From an uncultured Clostridium sp. (GTDB lineage Bacteria > Bacillota > Clostridia > TANB77 > CAG-508), in NCBI GenBank assembly GCA_946497695.1, contig CAMMLJ010000003.1, positions 19,310 to 83,309 of the forward strand: 64,000 bases of DNA, written 5' to 3'. Below the pieces are notes generated by a model. That model saw nothing but the letters and a program-made list of their open reading frames with translations. It searched no databases and was not told the DNA's origin. Made by a program: the position numbers and the translations under genes. Numbering within the stretch: position 1 is the first letter of the stretch; every line of letters starts with the position of its first letter. This document shows positions 52,570 through 63,700 of the stretch, piece after piece.

Positions 52570-54465
52570 ATGAACACAGTAAAAACAAAAGAGCCAAAAA
52601 CAACGGTTCAAAAAACAAATACTACAGATAAAACAATTTTATCAATTATACGAAACGAAAATAAAGAATTAAAAGAAGAAAACTCTAATAAAAATACAAT
52701 GTTAGCTTCAACACAACGTGACTATATCGCTGGCGAAGTTTCTAGAGATTTAACACAAAGAGTTTTATTACCAAAGAAAATTGTTGATGCACATAAAGAT
52801 GGAATTTTACACTTTCACGATATGGATTACTTTATTCAACCAATCCATAATTGTTGTTTAGTTAATATAAAAGATATGTTTGAAAACGGTACTGTTATGA
52901 ATGGCAAATTAATAGAAGAGCCAAAAAGCTTTAGAGTAGCATGTATTGTAATGACTCAAATAATTGCAGTGGTTGCTAGTAACCAATATGGGGGTCAATC
53001 TCTTGATATAAGCCATCTAGGCAAATACTTAAGAAAATCACATGATAAATTAAAAGAAAAATATAAGATTGCTTTTGGAGATACTTTATCAGATAAAGAG
53101 ATAGAAAAAATTGTTAGAATTGGTGTAGAAGAAGAATTAAGATCTGGTGTACAAACAATTCAATATCAAATAAATACATTAATGACTACAAATGGTCAAA
53201 CTCCTTTTGTTACACTATTCTTAAACCTAAAAAAAGATGACCCTTATATAGAAGAAAATGCAATGATTATAGAAGAAATTCTAAACCAAAGAATTCAAGG
53301 TGTAAAAAATGAAGTTGGTGTTTATGTTACACCTGCATTTCCAAAACTTGTTTATGTTTTAGGTGAACATAACTGTTTAAAAGGTGGAAAATATGACTAC
53401 TTAACAAAACTTGCTGTAAAATGTTCTGCAAAAAGAATGTATCCAGACTATATCTCTGCAAAAAAGATGAGAGAAAATTATGAAGGTAATGTATTTAGTC
53501 CAATGGGTTGTAGAAGTTTCTTGGCTCCTTGGAAAGATGAAAACGGAAATTACAAATTTGAAGGTAGATTTAATCAAGGTGTTGTAAGTATCAACTTACC
53601 TCAAATAGGAATTATTGCGAATGGTGATGAAGATAAGTTTTGGAAATTGTTTGATGAAAGATTAGATTTATGTTATGAGGCATTAATGTGTAGACATCAT
53701 GCATTAGAAGGTACTTTATCTGATATTAGCCCTATTCATTGGCAATATGGTGCAATAGCAAGGCTTAAAAAAGGTGAAAAAATTGATAAACTATTACATG
53801 GTGGATATTCTTCAATTTCTTTAGGATATATTGGATTATATGAGCTTACAAAATTAGTGAAAGGTGTATCACATACTGATCCTGTTGGAAAAGAATTTGC
53901 CTTAAGAGTTATGAAGCATTTAAAAGCTAAAGTTACAGAATGGAAACAAAAAACAGGAATTGGTTTTGCCCTATATGGAACCCCTGCTGAAAGTTTATGT
54001 TATAGATTTGCTAGAATCGATAAAGAAAAGTTTGGAGATATTAAAGATGTTACAGACAAAGGATATTACACAAATTCATACCATGTAGATGTTAGAGAAA
54101 AAATTGATGCTTTCTCTAAACTAAAATTTGAAAGTGAATTCCAACCAATTTCTAGTGGTGGTGCTATATCTTATGTTGAAGTACCAAATATGCAAAATAA
54201 TTTAAAAGCCTTAGAAGAAGTTGTTAAATTTATATATGATAATATTCAATATGCAGAATTTAATACAAAATCTGACTATTGCCAAGTATGCGGCTTTGAT
54301 GGAGAAATAATTATAAATGATGATAATGAATGGGAATGCCCAAATTGTGGTAATAAAGACCAAAGTAAAATGAATGTAACAAGAAGAACATGTGGCTATT
54401 TAGGAGAAAACTTCTGGAATGTTGGTAAAACAAAAGAAATAAAAGCAAGAGTAACACATTTATAG
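52570..54465 (+). CDS. nrdD: anaerobic (class III) ribonucleoside-triphosphate reductase, no ATP-cone
   Basis: HFHDMDY, NCCL, MGCRS, YGTPAES, CxxC..CxxC, RRTCGY. Confidence 0.96.
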   Translation: MNTVKTKEPKTTVQKTNTTDKTILSIIRNENKELKEENSNKNTMLASTQRDYIAGEVSRDLTQRVLLPKKIVDAHKDGILHFHDMDYFIQPIHNCCLVNIKDMFENGTVMNGKLIEEPKSFRVACIVMTQIIAVVASNQYGGQSLDISHLGKYLRKSHDKLKEKYKIAFGDTLSDKEIEKIVRIGVEEELRSGVQTIQYQINTLMTTNGQTPFVTLFLNLKKDDPYIEENAMIIEEILNQRIQGVKNEVGVYVTPAFPKLVYVLGEHNCLKGGKYDYLTKLAVKCSAKRMYPDYISAKKMRENYEGNVFSPMGCRSFLAPWKDENGNYKFEGRFNQGVVSINLPQIGIIANGDEDKFWKLFDERLDLCYEALMCRHHALEGTLSDISPIHWQYGAIARLKKGEKIDKLLHGGYSSISLGYIGLYELTKLVKGVSHTDPVGKEFALRVMKHLKAKVTEWKQKTGIGFALYGTPAESLCYRFARIDKEKFGDIKDVTDKGYYTNSYHVDVREKIDAFSKLKFESEFQPISSGGAISYVEVPNMQNNLKALEEVVKFIYDNIQYAEFNTKSDYCQVCGFDGEIIINDDNEWECPNCGNKDQSKMNVTRRTCGYLGENFWNVGKTKEIKARVTHL

Positions 54466-54473
54466 AAATTTGA

Positions 54474-54628
54474 CAGGTGGATTGGGACATTTCTCAGGAT
54501 TTTTGGACGTTCTGCAGGGATTTAGGGACGTTCCTTTTTTCCCTATATAAACTAACACTTATTTTCACTTACAACAAAAAATCGGGATTTTAGCAACGTC
54601 CCCAAATCCCGACGTTCTAATATCCCGA
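54474..54628. repeat. convergent REP-like pair: type A (+, 54516-54544) and type B (-, 54582-54612), each preceded by decayed copies
   Basis: CAGGTGGATTGGGACATTT / CAGGATTTTTGGACGTTCTG / AGGGATTTAGGGACGTTCCTTTTTTCCCT; TCGGGATTTGGGGACGTTGCTAAAATCCCGA. Confidence 0.9.
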
Positions 54629-54629
54629 T

Positions 54630-55454
54630 TTATAGTGGTTTAAATTTCTTTGTTTCTTTATATTTACCATATTCTTTTGGAATATAATTGTCACTCCAAT
54701 AGTGTTTTTCTCCTATTGGTTGCTCTTTTTTATCTGTTTTTTTATAACTATTATAATGTACTCTTTTATCAATTTTTTGTTCATATTGAAGCTTATTCTT
54801 TTCTATCTTATTTTTTACTTTAATTTTATTTTTACGTTCTAACTTAGGTGCCTTAACATTCTTTAACATTTGCAAATATTCATTTAATCTTTCTGTAAAC
54901 TTTTTTTCTTCCTCTTCTCTGTGTAAATACTCTATATGAGGTACTCTTTTTACTGATTCCTGTTTTGTTTTTATTTCTGCTTTTTTATTGTAATTATTAT
55001 ATTGTCTTTGCTTTACAGGTTCTGTTTTCGTTTTTTCCCTCTTTTTATCTTCTTTTACATATTCTACCCTTGCATAATTTTTCTTTTTGTTTTGCTCTTT
55101 AAGTCTTTTCTGCAATTGTTTATGTTCTTTATCTCTATTTTTTAATTTCTTTATATATTCGCTTTCTTTATTTCCAATTAATTTAGTTATATATCCATCC
55201 GAATATTCTCCTAGTGATTCTATATATAATCTAGTTATTTTCTCTGGTTTCATCCTAGTTATATTTCGTTTGGCATAAAACCTAAAAGTTAAAACATACA
55301 TTCCTAACTCATTAAGTTTTACTCTTACTTCTACTGGTTTATTAGAAATTCTACTAAAATCTCTTTTTATTTGTTCTATTTTTCTTTTTATATCTTCACC
55401 AGAATATATTTTAGAATCAAAACAGTATTCTACAGTTTTTGCTTCCATACTCAA
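54630..55454 (-). CDS. Lys/Arg-rich hypothetical protein
   Basis: 274-aa ORF with host-like codon usage. Confidence 0.65.
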   Translation of the reverse strand: MSMEAKTVEYCFDSKIYSGEDIKRKIEQIKRDFSRISNKPVEVRVKLNELGMYVLTFRFYAKRNITRMKPEKITRLYIESLGEYSDGYITKLIGNKESEYIKKLKNRDKEHKQLQKRLKEQNKKKNYARVEYVKEDKKREKTKTEPVKQRQYNNYNKKAEIKTKQESVKRVPHIEYLHREEEEKKFTERLNEYLQMLKNVKAPKLERKNKIKVKNKIEKNKLQYEQKIDKRVHYNSYKKTDKKEQPIGEKHYWSDNYIPKEYGKYKETKKFKPL

Positions 55455-55516
55455 ATTACATCAACATCCTTTTTCATCCATTTATGTTAACATATTTTGA
55501 GCTAAATTTCAAGGTT

Positions 55517-56140
55517 TTACCTTATAAAATTAGTTTTAACAGTTGAATTTTGTGGTTTGTTAATATTATTTCTTTTTCCACTTTCTATGCATTTTAAAAG
55601 CCATGCCATATTCTTTCCTAAATTATACATTGTTTGCATACCTTCTAAATCTTGTACAACTTCTTCTTTGTTATTTCCATGTACATTATTCCAATATGTA
55701 GAAGAAACTATTGGCATTTGACTAATTGTAAAATATTTGTTAAGTACATCAAAAGAAGCAACTGTTCCTCCTCTTCTAGCACTTGTAATACTTGCACCAG
55801 GTTTAAATTCAAAAGCTTTTTTGCCTGCATAAAAGACTCTATCTAAAACAGATAAAATTCTTCCTGATGGATGTGCATAATATACTGGTGTACCAAATAT
55901 AAAACCATCACTTTCTTCTGCTTTTTCTATTATTTCATTTACGATATCATCATTAAATACACATCTTGCATTTCCATTTTTAGCACATATTTTGCATCCA
56001 ATACAATCTCTTACAGGTGTTCCTCCTATATTTATAATTTCAGTTTCTATTCCTTCTTCATTTAAGCTTTCTGCCACCTTACTTAATGCAGTATATGTAC
56101 ACTCTTTTCTAGAACTTCCATTAATTAATAATACTTTCAT
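55517..56140 (-). CDS. flavodoxin-like iron-sulfur flavoprotein
   Basis: INGS, CIGCKIC...C, GTPVYY, RRGG. Confidence 0.9.
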   Translation of the reverse strand: MKVLLINGSSRKECTYTALSKVAESLNEEGIETEIINIGGTPVRDCIGCKICAKNGNARCVFNDDIVNEIIEKAEESDGFIFGTPVYYAHPSGRILSVLDRVFYAGKKAFEFKPGASITSARRGGTVASFDVLNKYFTISQMPIVSSTYWNNVHGNNKEEVVQDLEGMQTMYNLGKNMAWLLKCIESGKRNNINKPQNSTVKTNFIR

Positions 56141-56190
56141 CTAATCTCATTCCTTTCTTATATATTAATTATAATTTATCTAGTTCTTAT

Positions 56191-56895
56191 TTAACATTTA
56201 CTTATAATATATTTAAAAATACAATTATTTATGCTTTCATTTTCTGGATGAAATTGCACTCCAAATATCCTATCATTATATTCTATAACTTCTATCGTGC
56301 CATCTTCTGCTCTTCCTACTACTTTTAATGGTTCTTCTACTTGTGGAATTTTATATCTATGAATACTAGGCATATTTAATACTTCTTCTTTATATAAATT
56401 ATATAATATACTATTTTTATCCAATATTACCTTATGCTTTATATCTTCTATATTATCTCTCGTTAAATCTGCATTTCTATGACCTTCTATAGGTTCTGTA
56501 AAATTATATTTAGTCTCTATTAAATATTCGAATAAATCTATTATACTACCTTCAAAATTTCTCTCTTTCTTTTCTTTACATAACAAAAAATATATAGCTA
56601 AAGTTTGCATTCCCATACAAATTCCTAATAATGGCTTATTATTTTTTACTGCATAATCGACTACTTGTAGATGATATGGATGTATTTTTCCTCCACCTGA
56701 CAATATAAATGCATCATATAAACTTAAGGTTTCTTCATCAATATATGCACTACAAGGTAATACTCCGCTAACTATTGCTCCAGCTTCATTTATTCTTTCT
56801 ATATAATTATTTATAAAATAATATTTATCTTCATATACCAAGTCTGTTTTAAATAAATTATTAGATGCTGGTACAAGTCCTATTATTTTTTTCAT
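56191..56895 (-). CDS. peptidase C26 / class I glutamine amidotransferase-like hydrolase
   Basis: PLLGICMGMQ, SIH, GVQFHPE. Confidence 0.88.
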   Translation of the reverse strand: MKKIIGLVPASNNLFKTDLVYEDKYYFINNYIERINEAGAIVSGVLPCSAYIDEETLSLYDAFILSGGGKIHPYHLQVVDYAVKNNKPLLGICMGMQTLAIYFLLCKEKKERNFEGSIIDLFEYLIETKYNFTEPIEGHRNADLTRDNIEDIKHKVILDKNSILYNLYKEEVLNMPSIHRYKIPQVEEPLKVVGRAEDGTIEVIEYNDRIFGVQFHPENESINNCIFKYIISKC

Positions 56896-56900
56896 TTTAT

Positions 56901-57476
56901 TCACCCTTTCTGTTCTTCTTTTTTTGCAATTATCCAAAACACATGCCAATGCTTCATTTGATGCATTGCAGTTTCCGCATCTGTTTCAATCTCGTTTAAT
57001 CTTAATATCTTAAAATTTTGGAAAAAATCTTGGATTTCTTTCTTTTCATAAAATTGGATTTTATCATTTCCATACCATGAATCATTCTTTCCAAAAAAAT
57101 TACATAAGAAATATCCATTTTCATTTAAAGACTCTTTTATTTTAATAATCAGCTTGATTAATTCTTCTCTATTGCAAAAAGGTAACGCTTCATATGAAAT
57201 AACTAAATCTGTTTTTGGTAAATGCACATCAGAAAATTTAGCTTGCACGAAATTTAATCTTGCTTTTTCTTCTTCTGTTAAATCTTTATACAAAAATTTT
57301 GTAACATTAACCCTATCAATAGCAGTTACAATTATATCGTTTTGTACTAAAAATTTAGTATCTCTTCCTGCACCACATCCTAAATCTACTGCTGTTTTTA
57401 TACTCGGATTATTCTTTATAAAATTTAGCAAAATCTTATGTGGCTCAAGTTTACTATTATTTTCAAAAAAGTTCAT
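56901..57476 (-). CDS. class I SAM-dependent methyltransferase (TehB-like)
   Basis: AVDLGCGAGRD, LPF, KHWHVF. Confidence 0.88.
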   Translation of the reverse strand: MNFFENNSKLEPHKILLNFIKNNPSIKTAVDLGCGAGRDTKFLVQNDIIVTAIDRVNVTKFLYKDLTEEEKARLNFVQAKFSDVHLPKTDLVISYEALPFCNREELIKLIIKIKESLNENGYFLCNFFGKNDSWYGNDKIQFYEKKEIQDFFQNFKILRLNEIETDAETAMHQMKHWHVFWIIAKKEEQKG

Positions 57477-57477
57477 C

Positions 57478-58008
57478 TTATCTCCACTTCTCTCCATTAA
57501 TAAAATGTGTTAGCGCCATTAGAAATGCTTGCTCTGCTAAATCTATTCTAGTTACTTGTCCATGACTTAGTTGGGATATTCCACCTTGTGGAGCTTTAAG
57601 TTCTTTAGTTTCGAAAAGTTTTGCAAGCACATAACTTAATTCTTTTTCCTTTATTTCCTCTATATATCTAGCTGGAATTGGATATGCAGGTCCAAACCCA
57701 ACAGCGCCTTCTTCGGCTTTATTTTCTACATATACTGTTGTTAAGTTTAGCCATGCTCCAAACTTATCTGTTATTCCAGATTCCATTGCCACAAAAAAAT
57801 CTGCCTCTATATTATTTTCTTCTGCATATTTTTTTAAGTTCTTTGCTCTGTTTTTTGCACCTTGTAATATTTCATCATTTACTGGCTGGTCAGCAACCTC
57901 TGATTCTACACTTATACCCTCTATTGTAACATCTTTAAAGTACCTTTCGAATGCCCTTTTGGCACCTTCTATTTTTCCTTTGTTTTTCGTTCCAATTAAT
58001 ATTTTCAT
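57478..58008 (-). CDS. inosine/xanthosine triphosphatase (YjjX/DUF84)
   Basis: GTKNKGK, SEVADQP, GAKNRA, ESG, GGI..L. Confidence 0.88.
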   Translation of the reverse strand: MKILIGTKNKGKIEGAKRAFERYFKDVTIEGISVESEVADQPVNDEILQGAKNRAKNLKKYAEENNIEADFFVAMESGITDKFGAWLNLTTVYVENKAEEGAVGFGPAYPIPARYIEEIKEKELSYVLAKLFETKELKAPQGGISQLSHGQVTRIDLAEQAFLMALTHFINGEKWR

Positions 58009-58019
58009 ATTTTATCACC

Positions 58020-59885
58020 TTATCTTAACAAATCTTCTAAAACTATAGATTTTGATATATCTAGTTCTCTTTTCATATATTCATAATATTTTTTTAGTTG
58101 TTCATTTTCCTCTACCATTTCTCCTGTTTGTAAATTAAACCATAATTCATCAAAGTAAAAATCAGCTGTAACAATTCTTTCATTATTTAAACATATAAAA
58201 TCTTTTTTAGCTAACATATTTGTTCCTAAAGATACTCCTGGATCTAGATTACACAAATACGCAAGAGTTGGTTTTATATCTAATTTACTTACAGGTTTAT
58301 CTATTCTTAAATTGCTAATGCCTGGTATTCGCATTCCTGCTAACACTCTAATATAATTTAATTTTATATCTACATCTGTAACATTTCCATCTAATTCACT
58401 TAAAAATTCTATCATTTCGTTATTATATATATCTAGTCCATTGTGATCCCCATATAAAATTATTACAGTATCATCATATAAGTCAGCTTTTTTTAGCTCA
58501 TCTATAAATATACCAAATGCATAATCTGCATAATTTGCAGATTCTAGATAGTTTCCAAAGAATGTATCTTTATATTTTCCAACATCTATATTAACTTTAC
58601 CTCTATCTTGCAAACCGTCTAAAGTAAAACCAGTATGTGATGAGGCAGCAACAATATATGATACAAATGGAGCGTCATAATTTGATAATTTTTCTACTGC
58701 TTGTCTATATAATAATTCATCTGATAAATATCCCATTACATCTTCTGAAATATCTGCAAAATTATCTTTTAATTCTACATGATCAACTTCCATATTTTTA
58801 TATACATTAGTTCTGTTCCAAAAATATCCATAGTTTCCATGCATATACGAAGTTGTGTAATCCTTTTGATGGAACATTTTAAAAATATCATCATATGTAT
58901 TTTTATAATATCTACTATATGCCATTCCATTTTCTACTGGATATAATGATGTAACAGTAGAGAACTCTGAATCTGCTGTTGTAGAATAGCTTTGCATATA
59001 CATATTAGAAAGTCTTATATTTTCATTTATAAATTTATTTAAGTTTGGCGTTATTTCTTTATCATTTATAGTTTTATTTAAGACAAATTCTTGCACTGAT
59101 TCTAGCTGAAGAATTATCACATTTTTACCTTCCATTGTTCCTGCAATATCTAGATAACTTTCTTCATACTCTTGGTTGTATTCTTCTTTTAAAGAATTAT
59201 ATGCGTCCATCACCTCAGTCTTTGTCCTATATTTGGCTTGTTTTGAGCCATCAATAACATTTAATATATCTGATATATGATACCCATAAATTGTTGCTTT
59301 CTTTATTTGTGTATCCCTATTATATGGATCTTCTAAAGCTTTTTCATTTCCCTCTATTGCTGATGTAATAAATACATATATCGCAAATAATCCAATTAAT
59401 GTTCTACTAACAATATATTGTACTTTACTCTTTTGACCTTTTTCTATTTTTGCAAATTTTGATACAAATAAAATCATTAGAAGCAATATATCTATAAAAT
59501 AAAGTATTTGGTGTGGTTTTAATAGCATTGGCAATGTTGACATTATTTCTTCGCCATATTGTAGGTTAGTTATTTGTAATACTGATAATACATTACTTGA
59601 ATAAGTGTAATAAATATTGTCTGCAAATAAAATTATGCTTATTATCATATCTAATACTATTCCACCAATATTTCTTCCTTTTTTGGGTAATAAGAATAAT
59701 ATTCCAAATAAAGATAAAATATATATTATACTAGTTTGTATTGTATTTATATCAGTTTTTTCATTTATACATACAGTAAATTTATAAAATAATATGGTTT
59801 TTAATATTATAAAAATTGCGAGTATTATAATAAAAAAACTGGAATTTATAATCTTATTTAGTATTTCTTTTGTTTTTTCTTTCAC
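58020..59885 (-). CDS. LTA synthase (LtaS) family protein
   Basis: 5 TM, LQLES, TPNLN, TTADSEF, YGDH. Confidence 0.9.
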   Translation of the reverse strand: MKEKTKEILNKIINSSFFIIILAIFIILKTILFYKFTVCINEKTDINTIQTSIIYILSLFGILFLLPKKGRNIGGIVLDMIISIILFADNIYYTYSSNVLSVLQITNLQYGEEIMSTLPMLLKPHQILYFIDILLLMILFVSKFAKIEKGQKSKVQYIVSRTLIGLFAIYVFITSAIEGNEKALEDPYNRDTQIKKATIYGYHISDILNVIDGSKQAKYRTKTEVMDAYNSLKEEYNQEYEESYLDIAGTMEGKNVIILQLESVQEFVLNKTINDKEITPNLNKFINENIRLSNMYMQSYSTTADSEFSTVTSLYPVENGMAYSRYYKNTYDDIFKMFHQKDYTTSYMHGNYGYFWNRTNVYKNMEVDHVELKDNFADISEDVMGYLSDELLYRQAVEKLSNYDAPFVSYIVAASSHTGFTLDGLQDRGKVNIDVGKYKDTFFGNYLESANYADYAFGIFIDELKKADLYDDTVIILYGDHNGLDIYNNEMIEFLSELDGNVTDVDIKLNYIRVLAGMRIPGISNLRIDKPVSKLDIKPTLAYLCNLDPGVSLGTNMLAKKDFICLNNERIVTADFYFDELWFNLQTGEMVEENEQLKKYYEYMKRELDISKSIVLEDLLR

Positions 59886-60119
59886 AAATTTCTCCTCTTT
59901 CCGATAATTATTGCAATTAATATATCATATTTTTTTATAGTTTTCTAGCTTTATTAGATTATTAAATCTTTTTGCTAATTCTCCTAAATATGCTCTAACT
60001 AAGCACATAGCTTGAACAATTAACATAATTATGGTATAATTAAATTTGACTATAAACTGTTGCTTTGTATCTAGTATCAATTGATACTTTGCAACTTGAT
60101 AAGGAAAAGGAGAAATAAC

Positions 60120-60605
60120 ATGAAAAGCAACATGAAAATGAATGCAACTATCACAACTCAGGCTAAATCGACTACCTTTCTTCCGAAAACTGCGACACCT
60201 AAGCCTACACCGATTGATCGGTTAAAATCTTGGTGGACAGAACATTTCGGAAGTAAGAAAGCGCGGCAGGCTACAGCAAAAACTGTTGCTCTCAGCGTAG
60301 AGCATGCTATCAACAGTTTCGCACGGGCAATGAGATTCAACTTGTTATTGGCTCTAGTAGCCATGCTCGTTGTTAATTTCTGTCCAAATGTTGCGGACAA
60401 ATGTCCGGTTTTCTTTCAGTTATGTGAAGGAATATTAGTCTTCTATGAATTCTTATTAAGAGCAACGTTTACTGCTTTAAAGGCTGTGATTCAACTTTTT
60501 ACGTTGAACATACCTGAAGCAGGAGATACTCTCTCGGCAGTATTCACAGAAGGTGCTCGCCTTCTTTCTGAATTAATCAACTGGATTCAGGCAATCACAT
60601 TCTAA
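60120..60605 (+). CDS. orphan membrane protein
   Basis: AAGGAG RBS; TTGAAC-17-TATAAT (TG-extended) at 60012-60040; hairpin 60626-60648; GC-rich (29/60 at 60241-60300). Confidence 0.75.
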   Translation: MKSNMKMNATITTQAKSTTFLPKTATPKPTPIDRLKSWWTEHFGSKKARQATAKTVALSVEHAINSFARAMRFNLLLALVAMLVVNFCPNVADKCPVFFQLCEGILVFYEFLLRATFTALKAVIQLFTLNIPEAGDTLSAVFTEGARLLSELINWIQAITF

Positions 60606-60671
60606 CATCTCTTTTAAATCTTTATCCCTCGCCACGCTGTGACGAGGGCATTTCTTTATTTTAGCAAAAAA

Positions 60672-60720
60672 TCGGGATTTAAGGAACGTCCCCAAATCCC
60701 TATTCAATCCCGAATCCCTA
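60672..60720 (-). repeat. REP-like repeat type B (60672-60701) plus GGGATT stubs reaching the stop codon
   Basis: TAG-GGATT-CGGGATTGAAT-AGGGATTTGGGGACGTTCCTTAAATCCCGA-TTTTTT. Confidence 0.9.
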
Positions 60721-63700
60721 TTCTACACTCTTTAAACTACTAATCATGTCAATCTTCTTTAATGCAAAATAGGTAATTACATTTACTATAATGGTAAAAG
60801 CAACTGTAATTAAAATAGCATATAAATAACTTAATGGATGTATAACTTTTGCAAACCTAAGCATATTTATCTCACATGTACCAATTATAAAGTAATTTAA
60901 GAAATATCCTCCGATTAGTCCTAGTGCAATTCCTATTATCGTTAATAATACTGTTTCTCTTGTTACGTAAGTATATACTTCTTTATCATAAAAACCTAAT
61001 ACCTTAATTGTTGCAAGTTCTTTTTGTCTTTCACTAGTATTTATATTAGATAGATTATATAATACTACAAATGCAAGCAATCCTGCTGAAACAATTAGTA
61101 TTACAACAACATAATTTAATGAACTAATTGTATCATCCAAAGTTTTCTCTGCATTTAAATTTAACGAAACTGTAGATACCTTACCACCATCTAATAATTT
61201 TTTAGAAAGCTCTTCTTGTGCTTCTTCTGATAAATTTTCTGCCCTTACAAGTAATACATTTGTATTATATGCTTCTCCATATAAGCTTTCGTACATATCT
61301 TTTGTCATATATATATAATGAGCAATATAATTTTCTGTTATATCAGAAACTTTAACTTCTTTATTTTCTTCCGAAGTTCCTTCTAAAGTTATTGTATCTC
61401 CAACTTTTACATCTAATAATTGTGCCAATTTATCTGTTAAAATAACTCCATCTGATGATAAACTAACTTCTTCTTTCTTATTAGCTAAATCATTTATTGT
61501 AATCACATTTTTTAACTCTTCTGCATTACTTGGAACTACTACTTGCAAATCTTCTGAATATTCATTATGATTTGCAGTATCAGCTACCATATATGTTTCT
61601 ACAATATTATCAACATTTTCGGTATTTTGTATTTCTGTAATAACACTTTGTCTTTCGTCATCAGTCAAACTACTCTTCATACTAACTTGAAAATCATATA
61701 AAAATACTTTTTCATATTGATTTGGTAATATAGTAGATATAGAATTTTTTATTCCAAATCCAGTTAATATTAATGAAGTACAACCAAAGATACCTATAAT
61801 TGTCATTAAAAATCTCTTTTTATATCTAAATATATTTCTAATAGTAACTTTTTGTGAAAAGTTTAGTCTTTTCCATATAAATTTTACTCTTTCTAATAAA
61901 ACTCTTTTTCCAAGCTTTGGAGCTTTTGGTCTTAATAGGTTTGCTGGCTTTTCTTTTAAATCTCTCGCTGCTGCATATATTGTAGCACCAACAATACAAA
62001 TATATATAAGTGCTAAACCAGATGATGAATGTTCCGAATTAAGTCCTACTACAAATTCTGGAATTGTATACATCATACTATACATCATCCAAATAACTCT
62101 TGGTATTAATTGTAATCCTATAATTATTCCTATTACTCCACCAATTATACAAGCTAAACTAGAATATAATATGTATTTAAACATTATTTGAGCTTTGTTA
62201 TATCCTAAAGATTTTAACGTTCCTAGTTCTGTTCTATCTTCTTCTACCATTCTTGTCATCGAAGTTAATGACACCAATATTGCTATTGCAAAAAATACAA
62301 TTGGGAATACGATACTTAAACTATCTACACTTTGTGTATCTTGTTTAAAACTTACATATCCACTATTCTGATTTCTATCTAATATATACCATTCTGCACT
62401 TTCTATCTCGTTAACTTTTTCTTTTGCATCGATTAATTCTGTTTCTGCATCTGCAATTTTAGTATTAAACTCTTCTTTTTGAGTAGTTAATTCTGCCTCT
62501 GCTGTTTGTAGTTCTTGTTTTGAAGTTTCTAATTCAGCTTTTGCATTACTTAGCTGTGTTTCTGTCTTCTTTTTTGTGCTTGCTAAAGTTTTTTCTTGTT
62601 TACTTACTTCTGCTTTTGCTGATTCAATTTTGGCTTGTGCATCACTTATTGTATTATTTGCAGAATTCACCTTATTTTCTATTTCTGTAATTCCTGCTTG
62701 TAACTGCATTTTACTTGTTTCTAATTCTGTTTTTTGTGTTTCTAATGCTTGCTTTTTTACAGTTAAAGTAATTTTTTCTTCTTCGCTTAAACTACTATCG
62801 TTTAATTTATTTAATACATCATTATATGCTTGTGTTACTTGTTCTAATGATTGATTTACTGTCTGTAATGTTGATGTTAGCTCTGCCTTTTTAGTATTTG
62901 CTTCATCTATTTGTGTTTGTGCATTCTGCTTTTGTTCTTCTAGTGTTTTCTCATTTTTTTCTATTTCAGCTTTTGCACTTTGAATCTTTTTTTCTGCACT
63001 TGCAAATTCTTTATTGGCTTTTTCTTCATTTGATTTTATCTCATTCTCACCAGCTGTTATTTGCTTTTTGCCATCTTCTATTTTAGCTTCTGCATCTGCA
63101 ATTTGTTTTTCTCCATCTGCTTTTTGCGTCTTAAACTCGTCTTCTGCTTTTTTAATTTCTGTATTTGCTTCATCTATAAGCTCATTATATCTTGCAGTTT
63201 CTCGTTCTGCTCTTATTTCTTCTATTTTCTCTTTTGTTTCTTCTACATAATCCTCGTATTTATTAGAAGTAGTTGTATATTTAGCTGTATCCTTCAAAGT
63301 TACATATATCTCGGTATATACATCTGATTCTATATTAGCTCTCGAAACATAAATAAAATTATTTATTGTTCCAGAACCTAGGCTTGTTGTTCCTCTTTCT
63401 CTTGATATATACAATGGACTTTCCGCTGTTCCTACTATTTTCAGAGTTAATTCTTTAAGAAGCTCATTTTCCTCGTTTGCTTCCAATGTTATAGTATCAC
63501 CAATATTTTTATTTGCTGTTGTTAAAAATGATGGCTCTACCAAACATTCATTGGCATTTGATGGCATACTTCCTTCAATTAATCTTGGTTTATTAATATC
63601 TTCTATTGTTAATATTTTAGATACTAATTCTTTATTATTTACTTTTACTAAAATATCTTCTGAATATGTGCCATAAACATTTTCTACATTCTCTATGTTT

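Noticed and set aside
23242-63327. Many antisense shadow ORFs (e.g. 23242, 25292, 49736, 51082, 57154, 62576)
   Set aside because: Lie largely or wholly opposite well-supported genes and have the Ser/Phe/Ile bias typical of reverse frames
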